Counted from the stretch's first letter, positions 34,658 through 44,660 are shown. The stretch: 64,000 nt of DNA from an uncultured Fibrobacterota bacterium (GCA_963803935.1 CAWDOZ010000133.1:37882-101881); one strand, 5' to 3'. Made by a program: numbers and translations. Notes: generated from the sequence alone by a model not told the origin.

Positions 34658-35758
34658 CTAACCAGTTCATAAGTATGTCGACATTAACATGCCGTATATA
34701 ATACTTCAGGATGGTTGAAAAAGGCTTTGATAATATGAGGAGACTTTTGCAACCATCGTAGTGCGCCAATGACTTTTCTTTTTAGCATGTCAGGTCCAGC
34801 AATAAAGGTACGGCCTATTTTTGGTTTAACAGAGTTCCATACAAGCTCATCGGGGTTTGTTTCTGGCGAATAAGAAGGAAACCGAATCAAACGAATTCGA
34901 CCCTTATATGATTCTACATGTTTTTTAACTTTTGCACTTCTATGAACAGGGTGTCCATCAACAATCAAATAAATTCGATTGCGTCGATTGTGAATCAGGC
35001 GGTCAATGAATTCGCAAAAAATATCTGCATTGACCGTTTTGTCGGTGACCATAAACCGCATCTCACCTTTTCGTGTTATGGCAGAAATCATGTTCAGACC
35101 GAATCGTGCACCGGTTGCCGGCACTTTAGGTGTCTGGCCGCGAGGTGCCCACGTGGTTCCCGTATGATAATCGGAGCGAATACCGGCTTCATCAGCAAAA
35201 AATACCGAAGCATGCTCGGTTTTTGCAATCGCAGCAATCCTTGGATATTCCTCCTCCATCCATTGATTAACCGCATCCGAGTCCTGCTGATATGCTCTAA
35301 AAAGCGGGCGCTGGCAGGTCAGACCCAGCTTTGCCAACAGCCGTCCGACAGATACAACACTCATGGAAATGCCGAATTGCCGTTTAATCAAATCACGAAT
35401 CATCTCTCTGGTCCACAATGCGAATTCAAGCTTCAATTGCAATGGATTTTTCCCAACAACAGTACGATAAATCCACCGTACCGAGGATGTGCCCAGCTTT
35501 GGTGGGCGACCAAACAGCTTTTTCGCCTGGAGTGCTTGCCATCCTCCCGCATTGTATGCCGAAAGCCACCGGTAAATAATAGCTCTCGTCATTCCCAAAG
35601 CAGCAATCACTTGTTCCGGACTTTGTCCCGCTTGAACCGCCTGTACAGCACGAATTCGGATAGCTTCAAGCGTTTTATGATCCAAATTTCTGCCATCCAG
35701 CTTTGTAGTCTCCATAGCTTAAATATATATTATGGATACTTACTTATGAACTGATTAG
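34658..35758 (-). mobile_element. IS630-family insertion sequence (about 1.1 kb) with TA target duplication
   Basis: The terminal inverted repeats are CTAACCAGTTCATAAGTA (34658-) and TACTTATGAACTGATTAG (-35758), about 18-20 bp with 1 mismatch. They are flanked by TA at 34656-57 and 35759-60. It holds a single DDE transposase ORF and is visibly lower in GC than its flanks. Confidence 0.8.
34684..35715 (-). CDS. IS630-family transposase (HTH plus DDE_3)
   Basis: The N-terminal HTH reads SPEQVIAALGMTRAIIYRWL. DDE motifs are VFFADEAG and IYLIVDGHPVH ... FPSYSPETNPDELVW (D, D, 35-ish, E spacing), which is typical of IS630/Tc1. Confidence 0.88.
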   Translation of the reverse strand: METTKLDGRNLDHKTLEAIRIRAVQAVQAGQSPEQVIAALGMTRAIIYRWLSAYNAGGWQALQAKKLFGRPPKLGTSSVRWIYRTVVGKNPLQLKLEFALWTREMIRDLIKRQFGISMSVVSVGRLLAKLGLTCQRPLFRAYQQDSDAVNQWMEEEYPRIAAIAKTEHASVFFADEAGIRSDYHTGTTWAPRGQTPKVPATGARFGLNMISAITRKGEMRFMVTDKTVNADIFCEFIDRLIHNRRNRIYLIVDGHPVHRSAKVKKHVESYKGRIRLIRFPSYSPETNPDELVWNSVKPKIGRTFIAGPDMLKRKVIGALRWLQKSPHIIKAFFNHPEVLYTAC

Positions 35759-36791
35759 TAATTGCCCTATATCTTCTTAGAATCTCTTCAATTTGGTTCA
35801 TCTCTCTTTTGATATGGGGCATCCTGCGGTACGCTTCCGGCATGCCGGCATTGGCAATGAACGCCCCTGCATCTTCAGCCTCTCTCCCCTTTCCAAGCGC
35901 GTCATTACTTGCGGCAAGGACAAATGAAGAGAGTGCAAGGTCCGACCAGTTCACCGGCTTGCGCGCTGCGGAGATCGCTGCAAGCCTTTCTGCGAACTCA
36001 ATCGCTTCGGCATAACGGTTTTCCCGAAACCGGCAGAGGCTGCGGATTTGCAGGAAAAGGGTGCTCCGGGGAACCTCCATAAGCGCTGTTTGCGCGATTG
36101 AATCGGCCGGCTCATACTGCTTCCGGTCGATCAAAATCCAGCAAAGCGAGTTCTTAGCGGGAAAATCGGAGGGAAACGGTAATCGCGATGCCCGTTCGAT
36201 CTCCGCATACCCGGTGTCCCGGCTCCCGCTCTTGATAAAGGGAAGCCATCCGAAACTCCTGCCGAGATAGTAGTGGTAGATTCCGATACCAAGTAAAGCC
36301 TCACGTAATGCGGAGTCGCGCTTCATCACCAATTTCAGCCTTGAAGCGGAGGACGCCGCGTTTTCGAGCGCACTTACCCAGCTTCCGGTTTTTCCCTGGA
36401 CGACCGCCATGCCGCCTTCAATGCCGGCAAGGTAATAAACGCAGCGCAGCGAATCGGTGCCCCGGAGGCGCGGAAGCCTGCCGGAAAGGATTTTTCGCGT
36501 GCTGTCCGCAAAACGGTAAAACCGGTCGCCATCGATGAGGTAGGACTCGTAATCAAGCAGAATGGCCTGCTCCACGGCGACCCGCAGGTAAAGGATAGCA
36601 TTATCGTCCAGCGCCCCTGCTGGCTGCCGGGCAAGCATTTCCCGCGCGGAATCGTACTCCTGACGGGCAAGGAGCTGTTCCGTCGCGGTGAAAAGATCAT
36701 TAACCGGCATCGAGGCGTGAACGAGGAGCGGCAGAGAGAACACTATAAAATTTAAAAGAATAAATAGAATTGGCATTGAAGGGAGTTGCAT
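35730..36791 (-). CDS. hypothetical secreted helical-repeat protein whose 3' end was rewritten by the IS630 insertion
   Basis: It has a signal peptide (MPILFILLNFIVFSLPLLVHA). The last 10 codons (TNQFISKYP*) are read from the IS terminal repeat. Removing the IS and one TA gives ...RRYRAIK*. Confidence 0.55.
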   Translation of the reverse strand: MQLPSMPILFILLNFIVFSLPLLVHASMPVNDLFTATEQLLARQEYDSAREMLARQPAGALDDNAILYLRVAVEQAILLDYESYLIDGDRFYRFADSTRKILSGRLPRLRGTDSLRCVYYLAGIEGGMAVVQGKTGSWVSALENAASSASRLKLVMKRDSALREALLGIGIYHYYLGRSFGWLPFIKSGSRDTGYAEIERASRLPFPSDFPAKNSLCWILIDRKQYEPADSIAQTALMEVPRSTLFLQIRSLCRFRENRYAEAIEFAERLAAISAARKPVNWSDLALSSFVLAASNDALGKGREAEDAGAFIANAGMPEAYRRMPHIKREMNQIEEILRRYRAITNQFISKYP

Positions 36792-36865
36792 GGGATGTTA
36801 AAAATACTTAGCCGTGAGGCTGCTGTGGAAAAATTACAAATATCGGCTCCAGACTCATGCTATAA

Positions 36866-37135
36866 TCAATATACCTCCAGGTCAGGAATGATTTTTTTAA
36901 GATGGATAAAATCATTATCGTTATGCAATAGGGTTACCTTGTTTTCAATCGCTGTCTGGACGATCAAAAGGTCGATCGTGCTATTCACCGTTATACCGTG
37001 TTGTCGACAGCGGCAATAGATCCTGGCCGCCGCGGCATAGGACTCGCGCCCTCCCCGAAGATCATAAAAGATTTGCGTATCGAGGTATTCTTTAAGGATG
37101 AATGGAGTATATTCTATAGGTTTTATTAATACTTC
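36866..37135 (-). pseudogene. 5'-truncated PIN-domain (VapC-like) toxin remnant
   Basis: An open frame of 89 codons without a start codon reads ...YAAAARIYCRCRQHGITVNSTIDLLIVQTAIENKVTLLHNDNDFIHLKKIIPDLEVY*. That is the C-terminal half of a PIN toxin (iD.lIa.tAi....lLh.D.DF consensus). The N-terminal acidic motif is missing. Confidence 0.45.
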
Positions 37136-37168
37136 TCACAGGCCAATATCCCGGGAAACCCAACAAGC

Positions 37169-38965
37169 ATGTCTACTGAATTTACCCGTAATTTCTGCAT
37201 TATTGCACATATCGACCACGGCAAATCCACCCTTGCCGACCGGCTTCTCGAACTCACCGGCACCATCAGCAAGGAGAAGATGCAGGCGCAGGTGCTCGAC
37301 GACATGGACCTCGAACGGGAGCGGGGCATCACCATCAAGTCCCATCCGATCCGTATGGCCTACCGCGCCGAATCCGGCTCCGAGTACCAGTTCAATCTGA
37401 TCGACACGCCGGGCCACGTGGATTTTTCCTACGAAGTTTCCCGTTCGCTGGCCGCCTGCGAGGGCGCCATTCTCGTCGTCGATGCAAGCCAGGGCATCGA
37501 GGCGCAGACCCTGACCAACATCTACCTTGCGCTTGATAACGATCTTGCCATCATCCCGGTGCTCAATAAGGTCGACCTTGCGTCGGCCCGTCCCGAGGAG
37601 GTCCGGCGCCAGGTGAGCGAACTTCTCGGGGTCGATCCTGCCTCAATTATCGCCTGCAGCGCGAAGAGCGGCCTGGGTGTGCCCCCTATTCTCGAACGGA
37701 TCATCGTGGACGTTCCGCAGCCCGCAGGAGACCCGGAAAAACCCCTCAAGGCACTCATCTTCGATTCGAAGTACGATGATTTCCGGGGCGCGGTCGCCTA
37801 TGTTCGCGTTTTCGACGGTACGCTGCGCAAGGGTGACGTCATCAGCTTCATGTCGACCGGTTGTGAGTACGAGGTGGACGAAATCGGCTTCTTCCGCATG
37901 GGCCGCGTGCCGCTCGATGTGCTTTCCGCCGGTGAGGTCGGGTATATGGTCGCCAACATCCGTACGCTGACCGATATCAAAATCGGCGATACCCTTACCA
38001 CGCGGATCAACGGCACCTCCGAGGCGGTCCCCGGTTATCGCGAGGTTAAACCGATGGTATTCAGCGGAATTTATCCGGTGGATAAATCGGATTACGAAAA
38101 CCTGCGAGGCGCCCTCGAAAAGCTGAAACTCAACGACTCGTCGCTCAGCTACGAGCCGGAAACGTCTTCGGCGCTCGGGTTCGGATTCAGGGCGGGATTC
38201 CTCGGGCTGCTGCATATGGAAATCGTGCAGGAGCGGCTGCTGCGGGAGTTCGACGTGAATATCATAACCACGGTTCCTAATGTCAAATACAAAGTGACAT
38301 CGAAAAACGGGGAGGAGAATTTCGTCGAGAGTCCGGCGAAGATGCCCTCAGCGGGGGAGATCGAATTCATCAGCGAACCCATGGTCAAGCTGCAGGTCAT
38401 CTCCCCGACCGATTATGTCGGCTCCATCATGAAGCTTTGCGAAGAAAAACGCGGGGCCATGCTCCCGATGGAGTATCTCGAAACGACCCGCGTCTGCCTC
38501 CACTACAGGATGCCGCTGGCCGAGATGATCATCGATTTCTTCGACAAGCTGAAAAGCTGTTCGAGGGGCTATGCCTCCATGGACTATGAGCTTGATGGAT
38601 ACGACCGCGACAATCTCACCAAGCTGGATATCCTCATCAACGGTACGCCGGTGGACGCCTTCTCCTCGATTGTCCACCGTGATAAGGCATTTGCCTTCGG
38701 CCAGGAGATCACCTCCAAGCTCAAGGACCTGATCCCGCGACAGATGTACGAAGTTGCAATCCAGGCCGCCATCGGGAACAAGATCATAGCCCGCACCACG
38801 GTGAAACCTTTCCGCAAGGATGTAACCTCAAAGTGTTACGGCGGCGACATTTCCCGCAAACGCAAGCTCCTTGAAAAACAGAAGGAGGGCAAGAAGCGGA
38901 TGAAGCAGGTAGGTAATGTGGAGATCCCGCAGGAGGCATTCCTTGCGGTTTTAAGCCGGGATTAG
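37169..38965 (+). CDS. lepA: elongation factor 4 (translational GTPase LepA)
   Basis: It reads [23 protein letters not shown] ... [14 protein letters not shown] ... [19 protein letters not shown]. The LepA-specific C-terminal domain is present, ending ...[22 protein letters not shown]. The length is 598 aa. Confidence 0.97.
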   Translation: MSTEFTRNFCIIAHIDHGKSTLADRLLELTGTISKEKMQAQVLDDMDLERERGITIKSHPIRMAYRAESGSEYQFNLIDTPGHVDFSYEVSRSLAACEGAILVVDASQGIEAQTLTNIYLALDNDLAIIPVLNKVDLASARPEEVRRQVSELLGVDPASIIACSAKSGLGVPPILERIIVDVPQPAGDPEKPLKALIFDSKYDDFRGAVAYVRVFDGTLRKGDVISFMSTGCEYEVDEIGFFRMGRVPLDVLSAGEVGYMVANIRTLTDIKIGDTLTTRINGTSEAVPGYREVKPMVFSGIYPVDKSDYENLRGALEKLKLNDSSLSYEPETSSALGFGFRAGFLGLLHMEIVQERLLREFDVNIITTVPNVKYKVTSKNGEENFVESPAKMPSAGEIEFISEPMVKLQVISPTDYVGSIMKLCEEKRGAMLPMEYLETTRVCLHYRMPLAEMIIDFFDKLKSCSRGYASMDYELDGYDRDNLTKLDILINGTPVDAFSSIVHRDKAFAFGQEITSKLKDLIPRQMYEVAIQAAIGNKIIARTTVKPFRKDVTSKCYGGDISRKRKLLEKQKEGKKRMKQVGNVEIPQEAFLAVLSRD

Positions 38966-38974
38966 CTCATGCCC

Positions 38975-39006
38975 CGCCTGCATCGTCCCGATGCAGGCGT
39001 CTTTAT
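38975..39006 (+). terminator. putative intrinsic terminator after lepA
   Basis: It has an 11-bp perfect stem CGCCTGCATCG / CGATGCAGGCG with a 3-nt loop, 10 nt after the lepA stop, followed by TCTTTAT (a weak T tract). Confidence 0.5.
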
Positions 39007-39184
39007 GGGTGCTCATGGATGGAATCGCCACCAACGATTATTTTATTTCTGACTTCGCGCTCTGCCGGGACCGACCGATCGGGGCTCCAGCGGGAAAATA
39101 AACGACACAAGATTTCCTTCGGGCGATTTCAGAAATTTATCCGGTAGCATGCTGTCTTACCGCAGCATCACCCAAAACAGGCTT

Positions 39185-40378
39185 ATGAAAGAAAAACAAG
39201 GTTATTTCGGACGATTCGGCGGAAGATTTGCCCCGGAAACGCTCATGCCCGAACTCCAGGCCGTAGAAAAGGCCTATGCCGCCTTCAAAAAAAACGCTGT
39301 CTGGAAGAAGCGCTACCGGTCGCTTCTCAAAAATTACTGCGGCAGGGAAACGCCTCTTTACTTTGCCGAAAGCCTGACCCGTAAACTCGGCGGGGGCAGG
39401 ATCTACCTCAAGCGCGAAGACCTCAACCATACCGGCGCCCACAAGATTACCAATGCGCTCGGCCAGGCATTACTCGCCGTTTCCATGGGAAAAAAGCGTC
39501 TCGTAGCCGAAACCGGGGCCGGACAGCATGGCGTTGCGACTGCAACGGCTGCCGCTCTCCTGGGTCTCGAATGCGACATTTATATGGGAACCGTCGATAT
39601 GGCACGGCAGCGACCGAATGTCTTCCGTATGAACCTGCTCGGTACCCGCGTGATTCCGGTCGAGAGCGGCTCTAAAACGCTCAAAGATGCGGTCAACGAG
39701 GCAATGCGCGACTGGTCGAAGACGGTCCGCACCACGCATTACGTTTTCGGGTCCGCGCTCGGACCGCACCCCTTTCCCACCATGGTCCGCGAATTCCAGT
39801 CGGTCATTGGCCGTGAGGCGCGACGGCAGATTTTAGCGGTTGAAGGCCGGTTGCCCGAAGAGGTGGTCGCCTGCGTGGGCGGCGGTTCGAATGCCATCGG
39901 GATTTTCTCGGCCTTTCTCCGGGATAAAGATGTTTCGCTCGTCGGGGTTGAAGCCGGGGGCCTGGGTCTCGAAGGGACAAAACATGCGACCCGCCTGTCG
40001 CCGACCAGGGCTTCACGGCCGGGGGTCCTCCATGGATCGTATTCCTACGTTCTTCAGGACGAAAACGGCCAGATAGCCAATACCCACTCGGTCTCAGCAG
40101 GGCTGGACTACAGCGGCGTAGGGCCCGAACACTCGTTTCTCCGCGAACTCGGCCGTGTCGCCTATACCTATGCGACCGACGGCGAAGCGGTCAATGCGTT
40201 CACAACTCTTTGCGAATGCGAAGGAATCATTCCGGCGCTTGAATCGTCGCATGCGGTAGCCTATGCATTGAAGAAAGCCCCCCGGATGAAAAAACGTTCG
40301 ATCATGATCGTGAACCTTTCCGGCCGGGGCGACAAGGACATTTACTCGGTAGCCGACTACCTCGGGAAATCGCTATGA
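39185..40378 (+). CDS. trpB: tryptophan synthase beta chain
   Basis: It reads [19 protein letters not shown] ... [20 protein letters not shown] (the PLP lysine) ... GGGSNAIG ... [11 protein letters not shown]. The start is taken at MKEKQGYFG, but ATG 39149 is an alternative. Confidence 0.93.
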   Translation: MKEKQGYFGRFGGRFAPETLMPELQAVEKAYAAFKKNAVWKKRYRSLLKNYCGRETPLYFAESLTRKLGGGRIYLKREDLNHTGAHKITNALGQALLAVSMGKKRLVAETGAGQHGVATATAAALLGLECDIYMGTVDMARQRPNVFRMNLLGTRVIPVESGSKTLKDAVNEAMRDWSKTVRTTHYVFGSALGPHPFPTMVREFQSVIGREARRQILAVEGRLPEEVVACVGGGSNAIGIFSAFLRDKDVSLVGVEAGGLGLEGTKHATRLSPTRASRPGVLHGSYSYVLQDENGQIANTHSVSAGLDYSGVGPEHSFLRELGRVAYTYATDGEAVNAFTTLCECEGIIPALESSHAVAYALKKAPRMKKRSIMIVNLSGRGDKDIYSVADYLGKSL

Positions 40379-41181
40379 ACCGTTATGAACAGACCTTTGC
40401 GCGCCTCAGGGCGAAGAACGAAATCGGCTTCATTCCCTTTGCGGTTGCAGGGGACCCGGACCTTTCGACCAGCGAAGCGATTGTCAGGGCCTACATTGAC
40501 GGCGGCGCCGATATCCTGGAGATAGGGTATCCCTTCTCCGATCCGGTTGCCGATGGGCCGGTAAACCAGCGTGCCGGCCAGAGGGCCATCGCCGCCGGGT
40601 TGGACCATGAGCGTTTCTTCGGCCTCATCAGGAAAATCCGGGCGAAATCGGACATTCCCATGGGCCTCCTCGGTTATGCGAATACCATGCTGCACCTCGG
40701 CTGCGAGAGGTTCTGCAGGGAGGCGGCCGAGGCAGGGCTCGACAGCCTCCTTTTTGCCGATATGCCACCGGAAGAGTCGGGCGAGCTCAGGGAATCCATG
40801 GTGCGCCATGGTCTCGGCAGCGTCTTCATTGTCTCCGAGCTGACCCCTGTCGAAAGAATGAAGATGATCGTTTCCCAGGTCGACGCCTTTGTCTATGTAG
40901 TAAGTCGGCTGGGCGCGACCGGGGTCGATACCGAGCTCGGCACCGAGGTCGCCTCCACGCTCCAACGCCTGAGGAGGGTCACCAGGAAACCTCTTGCCGT
41001 CGGCTTCGGCATTTCGACGCCTGCTCATGTTGCCGCCATGGCCGGGGCCGGGGCGGATGCGGCTATCGTGGGAAGCGCACTCGTATCGGTTATCGAGGAA
41101 CTCGCACAAAATCCGAAGAAACTTTGCAGGGAACTTACCCGGAAGGTAGCCGAATACAAGGCCGCCACGAGGAAAGCGTAA
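40375..41181 (+). CDS. trpA: tryptophan synthase alpha chain
   Basis: It reads [11 protein letters not shown] ... [22 protein letters not shown] ... VSRLGATG ... VGFGIS. The start overlaps the trpB stop (ATGA). Confidence 0.93.
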   Translation: MNRYEQTFARLRAKNEIGFIPFAVAGDPDLSTSEAIVRAYIDGGADILEIGYPFSDPVADGPVNQRAGQRAIAAGLDHERFFGLIRKIRAKSDIPMGLLGYANTMLHLGCERFCREAAEAGLDSLLFADMPPEESGELRESMVRHGLGSVFIVSELTPVERMKMIVSQVDAFVYVVSRLGATGVDTELGTEVASTLQRLRRVTRKPLAVGFGISTPAHVAAMAGAGADAAIVGSALVSVIEELAQNPKKLCRELTRKVAEYKAATRKA

Positions 41182-41185
41182 TCCA

Positions 41186-41968
41186 ATGAACCATCGCGGC
41201 CCGAAACCGCCCGAGCTTGAGGTAGCCACTATAGCAGCCCACCTCGAAGGGCTCGAAGAGACCATCATCTCCCGCCTCATCGACCGTGCGCAATTCAGCA
41301 GGAACGATCCCGCCTATCACGCGGGAGAGAGCGGGTTTTCCGGCGAAGACGCCCGTTCGCTTTTTCTTATCCGTCTCCTTTACCAGGAGCAGATGGATGC
41401 CCGCTTCGGCCGGTTCTGTGTCCCGGAAGAACGTCCCTTTTACCGGGACCTGCCCCGGCCGCAACGTTCGGCAATGCTCCCCGACACCGGGCTGCGCATC
41501 GACGATTTCGATTGTGTCAACCAGATGGAGCGCATTATCCAGGCCTACCTCGACCTCCTGTCCAGGCTATGCCGCGCCGGAGACGACGGCCACTACGGTT
41601 CGAGCGTCGAACACGACGTCTATGCGGTCCAGGCCATCGCGCGGCGCATCCATTATGGATCGCTCTATGTTGCCGAGAGTAAATTTCGCGATTCGCCGGA
41701 TATTTACACTCAGTTGGCAGAAGATGGTGACGAACAAGCGATCATGGCCGGCCTTACGCGCAGGGAGGTGGAGGAGCGCATTGTTGAGCGGATCAGGGAG
41801 AAAACGGCAGCACTACAATCGACGCTCAACCCGCTCACCCGGCATGCAATCGATCCCGAGGTCATTGCGGCATTTTACCGGGAGACGATTGTGCCGTTGA
41901 CGAAAAAGGGTGAAGTCGCGTACTTGCTGAATAGAAAAAAGCAGAGTCGGGATTCAGATTTAAAATAA
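41186..41968 (+). CDS. chorismate mutase, eukaryotic (Aro7-like AroQ) type
   Basis: It is collinear with yeast Aro7 as I recall it: ARFGRFCVPEERPFYRD vs SRIRRFESPDETPFFPD; IARRIHYGSLYVAESKF vs LSRRIHFGKFVAEAKF; IDPEVIAAFYRETIVPLTKKGEVAYLLNR vs ITPEYLVKIYKEIVIPITKEVEVEYLLRR. The length is similar (~260 aa). It sits between trpA and tyrA. Confidence 0.8.
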   Translation: MNHRGPKPPELEVATIAAHLEGLEETIISRLIDRAQFSRNDPAYHAGESGFSGEDARSLFLIRLLYQEQMDARFGRFCVPEERPFYRDLPRPQRSAMLPDTGLRIDDFDCVNQMERIIQAYLDLLSRLCRAGDDGHYGSSVEHDVYAVQAIARRIHYGSLYVAESKFRDSPDIYTQLAEDGDEQAIMAGLTRREVEERIVERIREKTAALQSTLNPLTRHAIDPEVIAAFYRETIVPLTKKGEVAYLLNRKKQSRDSDLK

Positions 41969-41984
41969 GAAATTCAAAATAACC

Positions 41985-43091
41985 ATGCCTTTCACCCCCA
42001 AAACAATTACTATATATAGCGTCGGGCTCCTCGGCGGCTCCATCGGGCTCGCCCTCCGCAACTCCGGGTTCAAAGGCCGCATTATCGGGCTCTCCTCTCC
42101 GTCCAAACTGCCGCTCGCCCTTGAGCTCGGTTGCATCGATGAAGGGTATCCCTACGATGCGCTCACCGATATCATCGGCTCTACCAATTTACTAATCCTC
42201 TGTTCGCCGATAAGCGTAATCCTGAAAACGTTACAAGTTCTTTCGGAGATGCAACTGCCGCAGGGAATCGTCATCACCGATGTCGGCAGCACGAAGCAGG
42301 AGATCTGCTCGGCAGCGAAGCGCTTCCTGCCCGATGTTAATTTTATCGGTGGCCACCCAATGGCGGGATCCGAAAAAAGCGGACCCGGCGCAGCCGATCC
42401 CTATCTCTTCCAGAACGCCATCCATGTCCTGACCCCTTCCGCCGGGGAGCCTTCGGAGCGGGATCGCGAAATCGCCGAGTTTTTCGAGCGTTTTCTCGGC
42501 AGCCGCGCGCTCTTTCTCGATCCTGCCCGCCACGATCGGATTGTTGCGGCAGTCAGCCATGTGCCGCATTTGCTGGCCGTCGCTCTTGTAAACTCCGTGC
42601 AGGAGGTTGAATCGGCCCTGCCCGGCACGCTTGGCCTTGCCGCCGGGGGCTTCCGCGACATGACGCGCATCGCCGGGGCTTCCTACGATCTCTGGCACGA
42701 CATTTTTGCCACCAACCGGCAATCGATAGAGCCGCTCATCGAGGGGCTGATTGTTCGTTTGAGCGACATGAAACGGCAGCTCGACACCGGCACGCTGCGG
42801 GAGTCGTTCGATGCCGCGGAAAAAACCCGCTCCAAAATTCCCAGCAATGCCAAGGGATTCATCAGGCGACTTTCGGAAGTACTCGTTATAGTCAAGGACC
42901 AGCCCGGCATCATCGCCACTATTGCCGCGACGCTTGCCGACCGGGACATTAACATCAGCGACATCGAGGTGCTTAAGGTCCGCGAGGGGGAAGGCGGTAC
43001 GATCCGTCTTGCGTTCGAATCTCCCCTCCTGGCGCGGCAGGCAATCGACCTCCTGCAGCAGGCGGGCTTCCGGGCCCGCGAAAGGATATAG
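41985..43091 (+). CDS. tyrA: prephenate/arogenate dehydrogenase with a C-terminal ACT domain
   Basis: The Rossmann N-terminus reads ITIYSVGLLGGSIGLAL. The catalytic region reads DVGSTK ... FIGGHPMAGSEKSG. The C-terminal ACT-like segment is LVIVKDQPGIIATIAATLADRDINISDIEV. Confidence 0.85.
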   Translation: MPFTPKTITIYSVGLLGGSIGLALRNSGFKGRIIGLSSPSKLPLALELGCIDEGYPYDALTDIIGSTNLLILCSPISVILKTLQVLSEMQLPQGIVITDVGSTKQEICSAAKRFLPDVNFIGGHPMAGSEKSGPGAADPYLFQNAIHVLTPSAGEPSERDREIAEFFERFLGSRALFLDPARHDRIVAAVSHVPHLLAVALVNSVQEVESALPGTLGLAAGGFRDMTRIAGASYDLWHDIFATNRQSIEPLIEGLIVRLSDMKRQLDTGTLRESFDAAEKTRSKIPSNAKGFIRRLSEVLVIVKDQPGIIATIAATLADRDINISDIEVLKVREGEGGTIRLAFESPLLARQAIDLLQQAGFRARERI

Positions 43092-43095
43092 GATA

Positions 43096-44445
43096 GTGCT
43101 TACTGTCAATCGTTCTAAAGCGGTTTCCGGGAAGGTGACCCTGCCGCCGAGCAGCGATCTCTTTCTGGTGGCGGCGCTTGCAACTCTCGCTTCCGGCCGT
43201 GCCGCGCGTATTTATCCCGTTGGTAAATCGGCGGAGGTGCGCGCCTGGGCCGCGCTGCTCAACGGTCATGCCGAGATTGCCTTTGAGGATAACGCCTGCC
43301 TGATCGCGCCGGTCGCCGATGCCACCTTGGAGACCATGACCTTTGCCAACAACCTCCTCCCCTATCGCGATCTCGTCGTGTTCCTCGCCCTTGGCGCGGG
43401 CAAGCGGATCATATTCGATGCCATCGGCGAAAAACGGCTTGAAGCGTGGCTTGCAAAGGGAAAACGGCTCGGGGTAACCCTTTCCATCCTGCACGAGGGA
43501 AACCGGCAGGGTCTCGTATGCGCTCCGGTCGATTCCGCCAATGCGCTGCCGCCCCTTCTCGAAGAGCGCGACGTCAATGCCGCACTGGGTCTATTCTTCG
43601 GATTGCGGGCCAAAAGGACCTTCCGGACCGATTATACCCTTTCCAACCCGTTCCGCCATCTCGCACCCATTTTCGGCGGGACGATTGATGTGAAGCGCGA
43701 GGGTGGGGAAAAGGAAAAGGATCCCCTGCTCCGGCGAATTCGCCTGCAAACGGGCCAACGGCTTTCGGATCAGGAGCAGTCCTTTCTGGTAACTCTGGAT
43801 TTTTCAGCATTGCCTGCGGCTAATTCCGTCCTCGCAATCGAGCTGCCCGGTGACGAGGTCCTCATGGCGCTGTTCTGTGCCGCGAAGTCATTGTTGCAGC
43901 GCGGATCGCTCGTGATCGATAATGCACCGCTCGAGCCGTGGGCCTCGCCCATCCTTCCGTTCCTGCGCAAGATGGGCTGCAAACCCTCGCTTCAGGAGAT
44001 GCGAAAGACGGGTTTCGGCACCGCCGGCATGATCTCGCTGTCGCGGTTCGACCTGACCGGCCAGAAAATCGATTTTGCCCCGCAGCACCCTGCAGTCCTG
44101 CAGCTGCCCGCCATGGCCGCCGTCGCTTCGTTTGCCGATAATCAATCGCTGTTCAGGCAGTTTGACGACATGCGCCACAGCGATCCGGACGGGATCCGGC
44201 AGCTTGAATCCTGCCTCAAAACCATGAATGTAAAGTTTGGCGATATTCCGGACGGATTTGTGATAAAGGGGGAAAAGGAGTACGACGGCTTCGACCTGAT
44301 CGAGCCCCTCCCCGCCCCTCTCGCCGGCTCCTTCATTATTGCGGGGCTGCGGTGCATCGGCTCGACAACGGTGAATGATACGAAGGTTGGAGAGCGTTGG
44401 CCGGAATTCTATGAAATGCTTATGGGGGTGGTGGAAGAACGATAA
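43096..44445 (+). CDS. EPSP-synthase-fold (AroA-like) protein lacking the canonical catalytic motifs
   Basis: The GTG start lies 4 nt after the tyrA stop. The protein is about 449 aa and collinear with AroA (GKVTLPPSSDLFLVAALATLASG vs G.i.lPGSKS.snRalllaaLa.G). Three motifs are not conserved: PGSKS is PPSSD, KE(S/T)DR is RHSDPD, and NDHRMAM is PAPLAGSF. Confidence 0.6.
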   Translation: MLTVNRSKAVSGKVTLPPSSDLFLVAALATLASGRAARIYPVGKSAEVRAWAALLNGHAEIAFEDNACLIAPVADATLETMTFANNLLPYRDLVVFLALGAGKRIIFDAIGEKRLEAWLAKGKRLGVTLSILHEGNRQGLVCAPVDSANALPPLLEERDVNAALGLFFGLRAKRTFRTDYTLSNPFRHLAPIFGGTIDVKREGGEKEKDPLLRRIRLQTGQRLSDQEQSFLVTLDFSALPAANSVLAIELPGDEVLMALFCAAKSLLQRGSLVIDNAPLEPWASPILPFLRKMGCKPSLQEMRKTGFGTAGMISLSRFDLTGQKIDFAPQHPAVLQLPAMAAVASFADNQSLFRQFDDMRHSDPDGIRQLESCLKTMNVKFGDIPDGFVIKGEKEYDGFDLIEPLPAPLAGSFIIAGLRCIGSTTVNDTKVGERWPEFYEMLMGVVEER

Positions 44446-44466
44446 ATCAAGCAAAGGCAATTTCAA

Positions 44467-44660
44467 ATGCTTTTGGATGGCTGAGCCGGAATCCAATCTG
44501 ATTAAAACATTTTAAAACATAAAATTCTTTTGGATGGCTGAGCCGGGTCAACCCATTTTGCCCAAAAGGCAAAATGGACGGATTATTATGATTTTGATTG
44601 CACCAGCCGCACGATGTGGGAGTGCTTCATAACAGGCACCCTGCGGCGGGGACCCACAAG
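44467..44660. repeat. mosaic-repeat block: 20-nt direct repeat pair plus a reverse-oriented 57-bp module
   Basis: CTTTTGGATGGCTGAGCCGG occurs at 44470-44489 and 44527-44546. The segment 44552-44608 (CCCATTTTGCC-caaaa-GGCAAAATGG...GATTGCACCAGCC) is the reverse complement of the module at 44961-45016 and at 52066-52122. Confidence 0.7.

Noticed and set aside
34918-35754. The 278-aa plus-strand ORF inside the IS630 element.
   Set aside because: It is antisense to the transposase, which has clear HTH and DDE motifs. It resembles no family.
36786-37019. The 77-aa plus-strand ORF between the helical-repeat gene and lepA.
   Set aside because: The opposite strand encodes a recognisable PIN-domain C-terminal half. 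The plus-strand ORF is its mirror and has no features.
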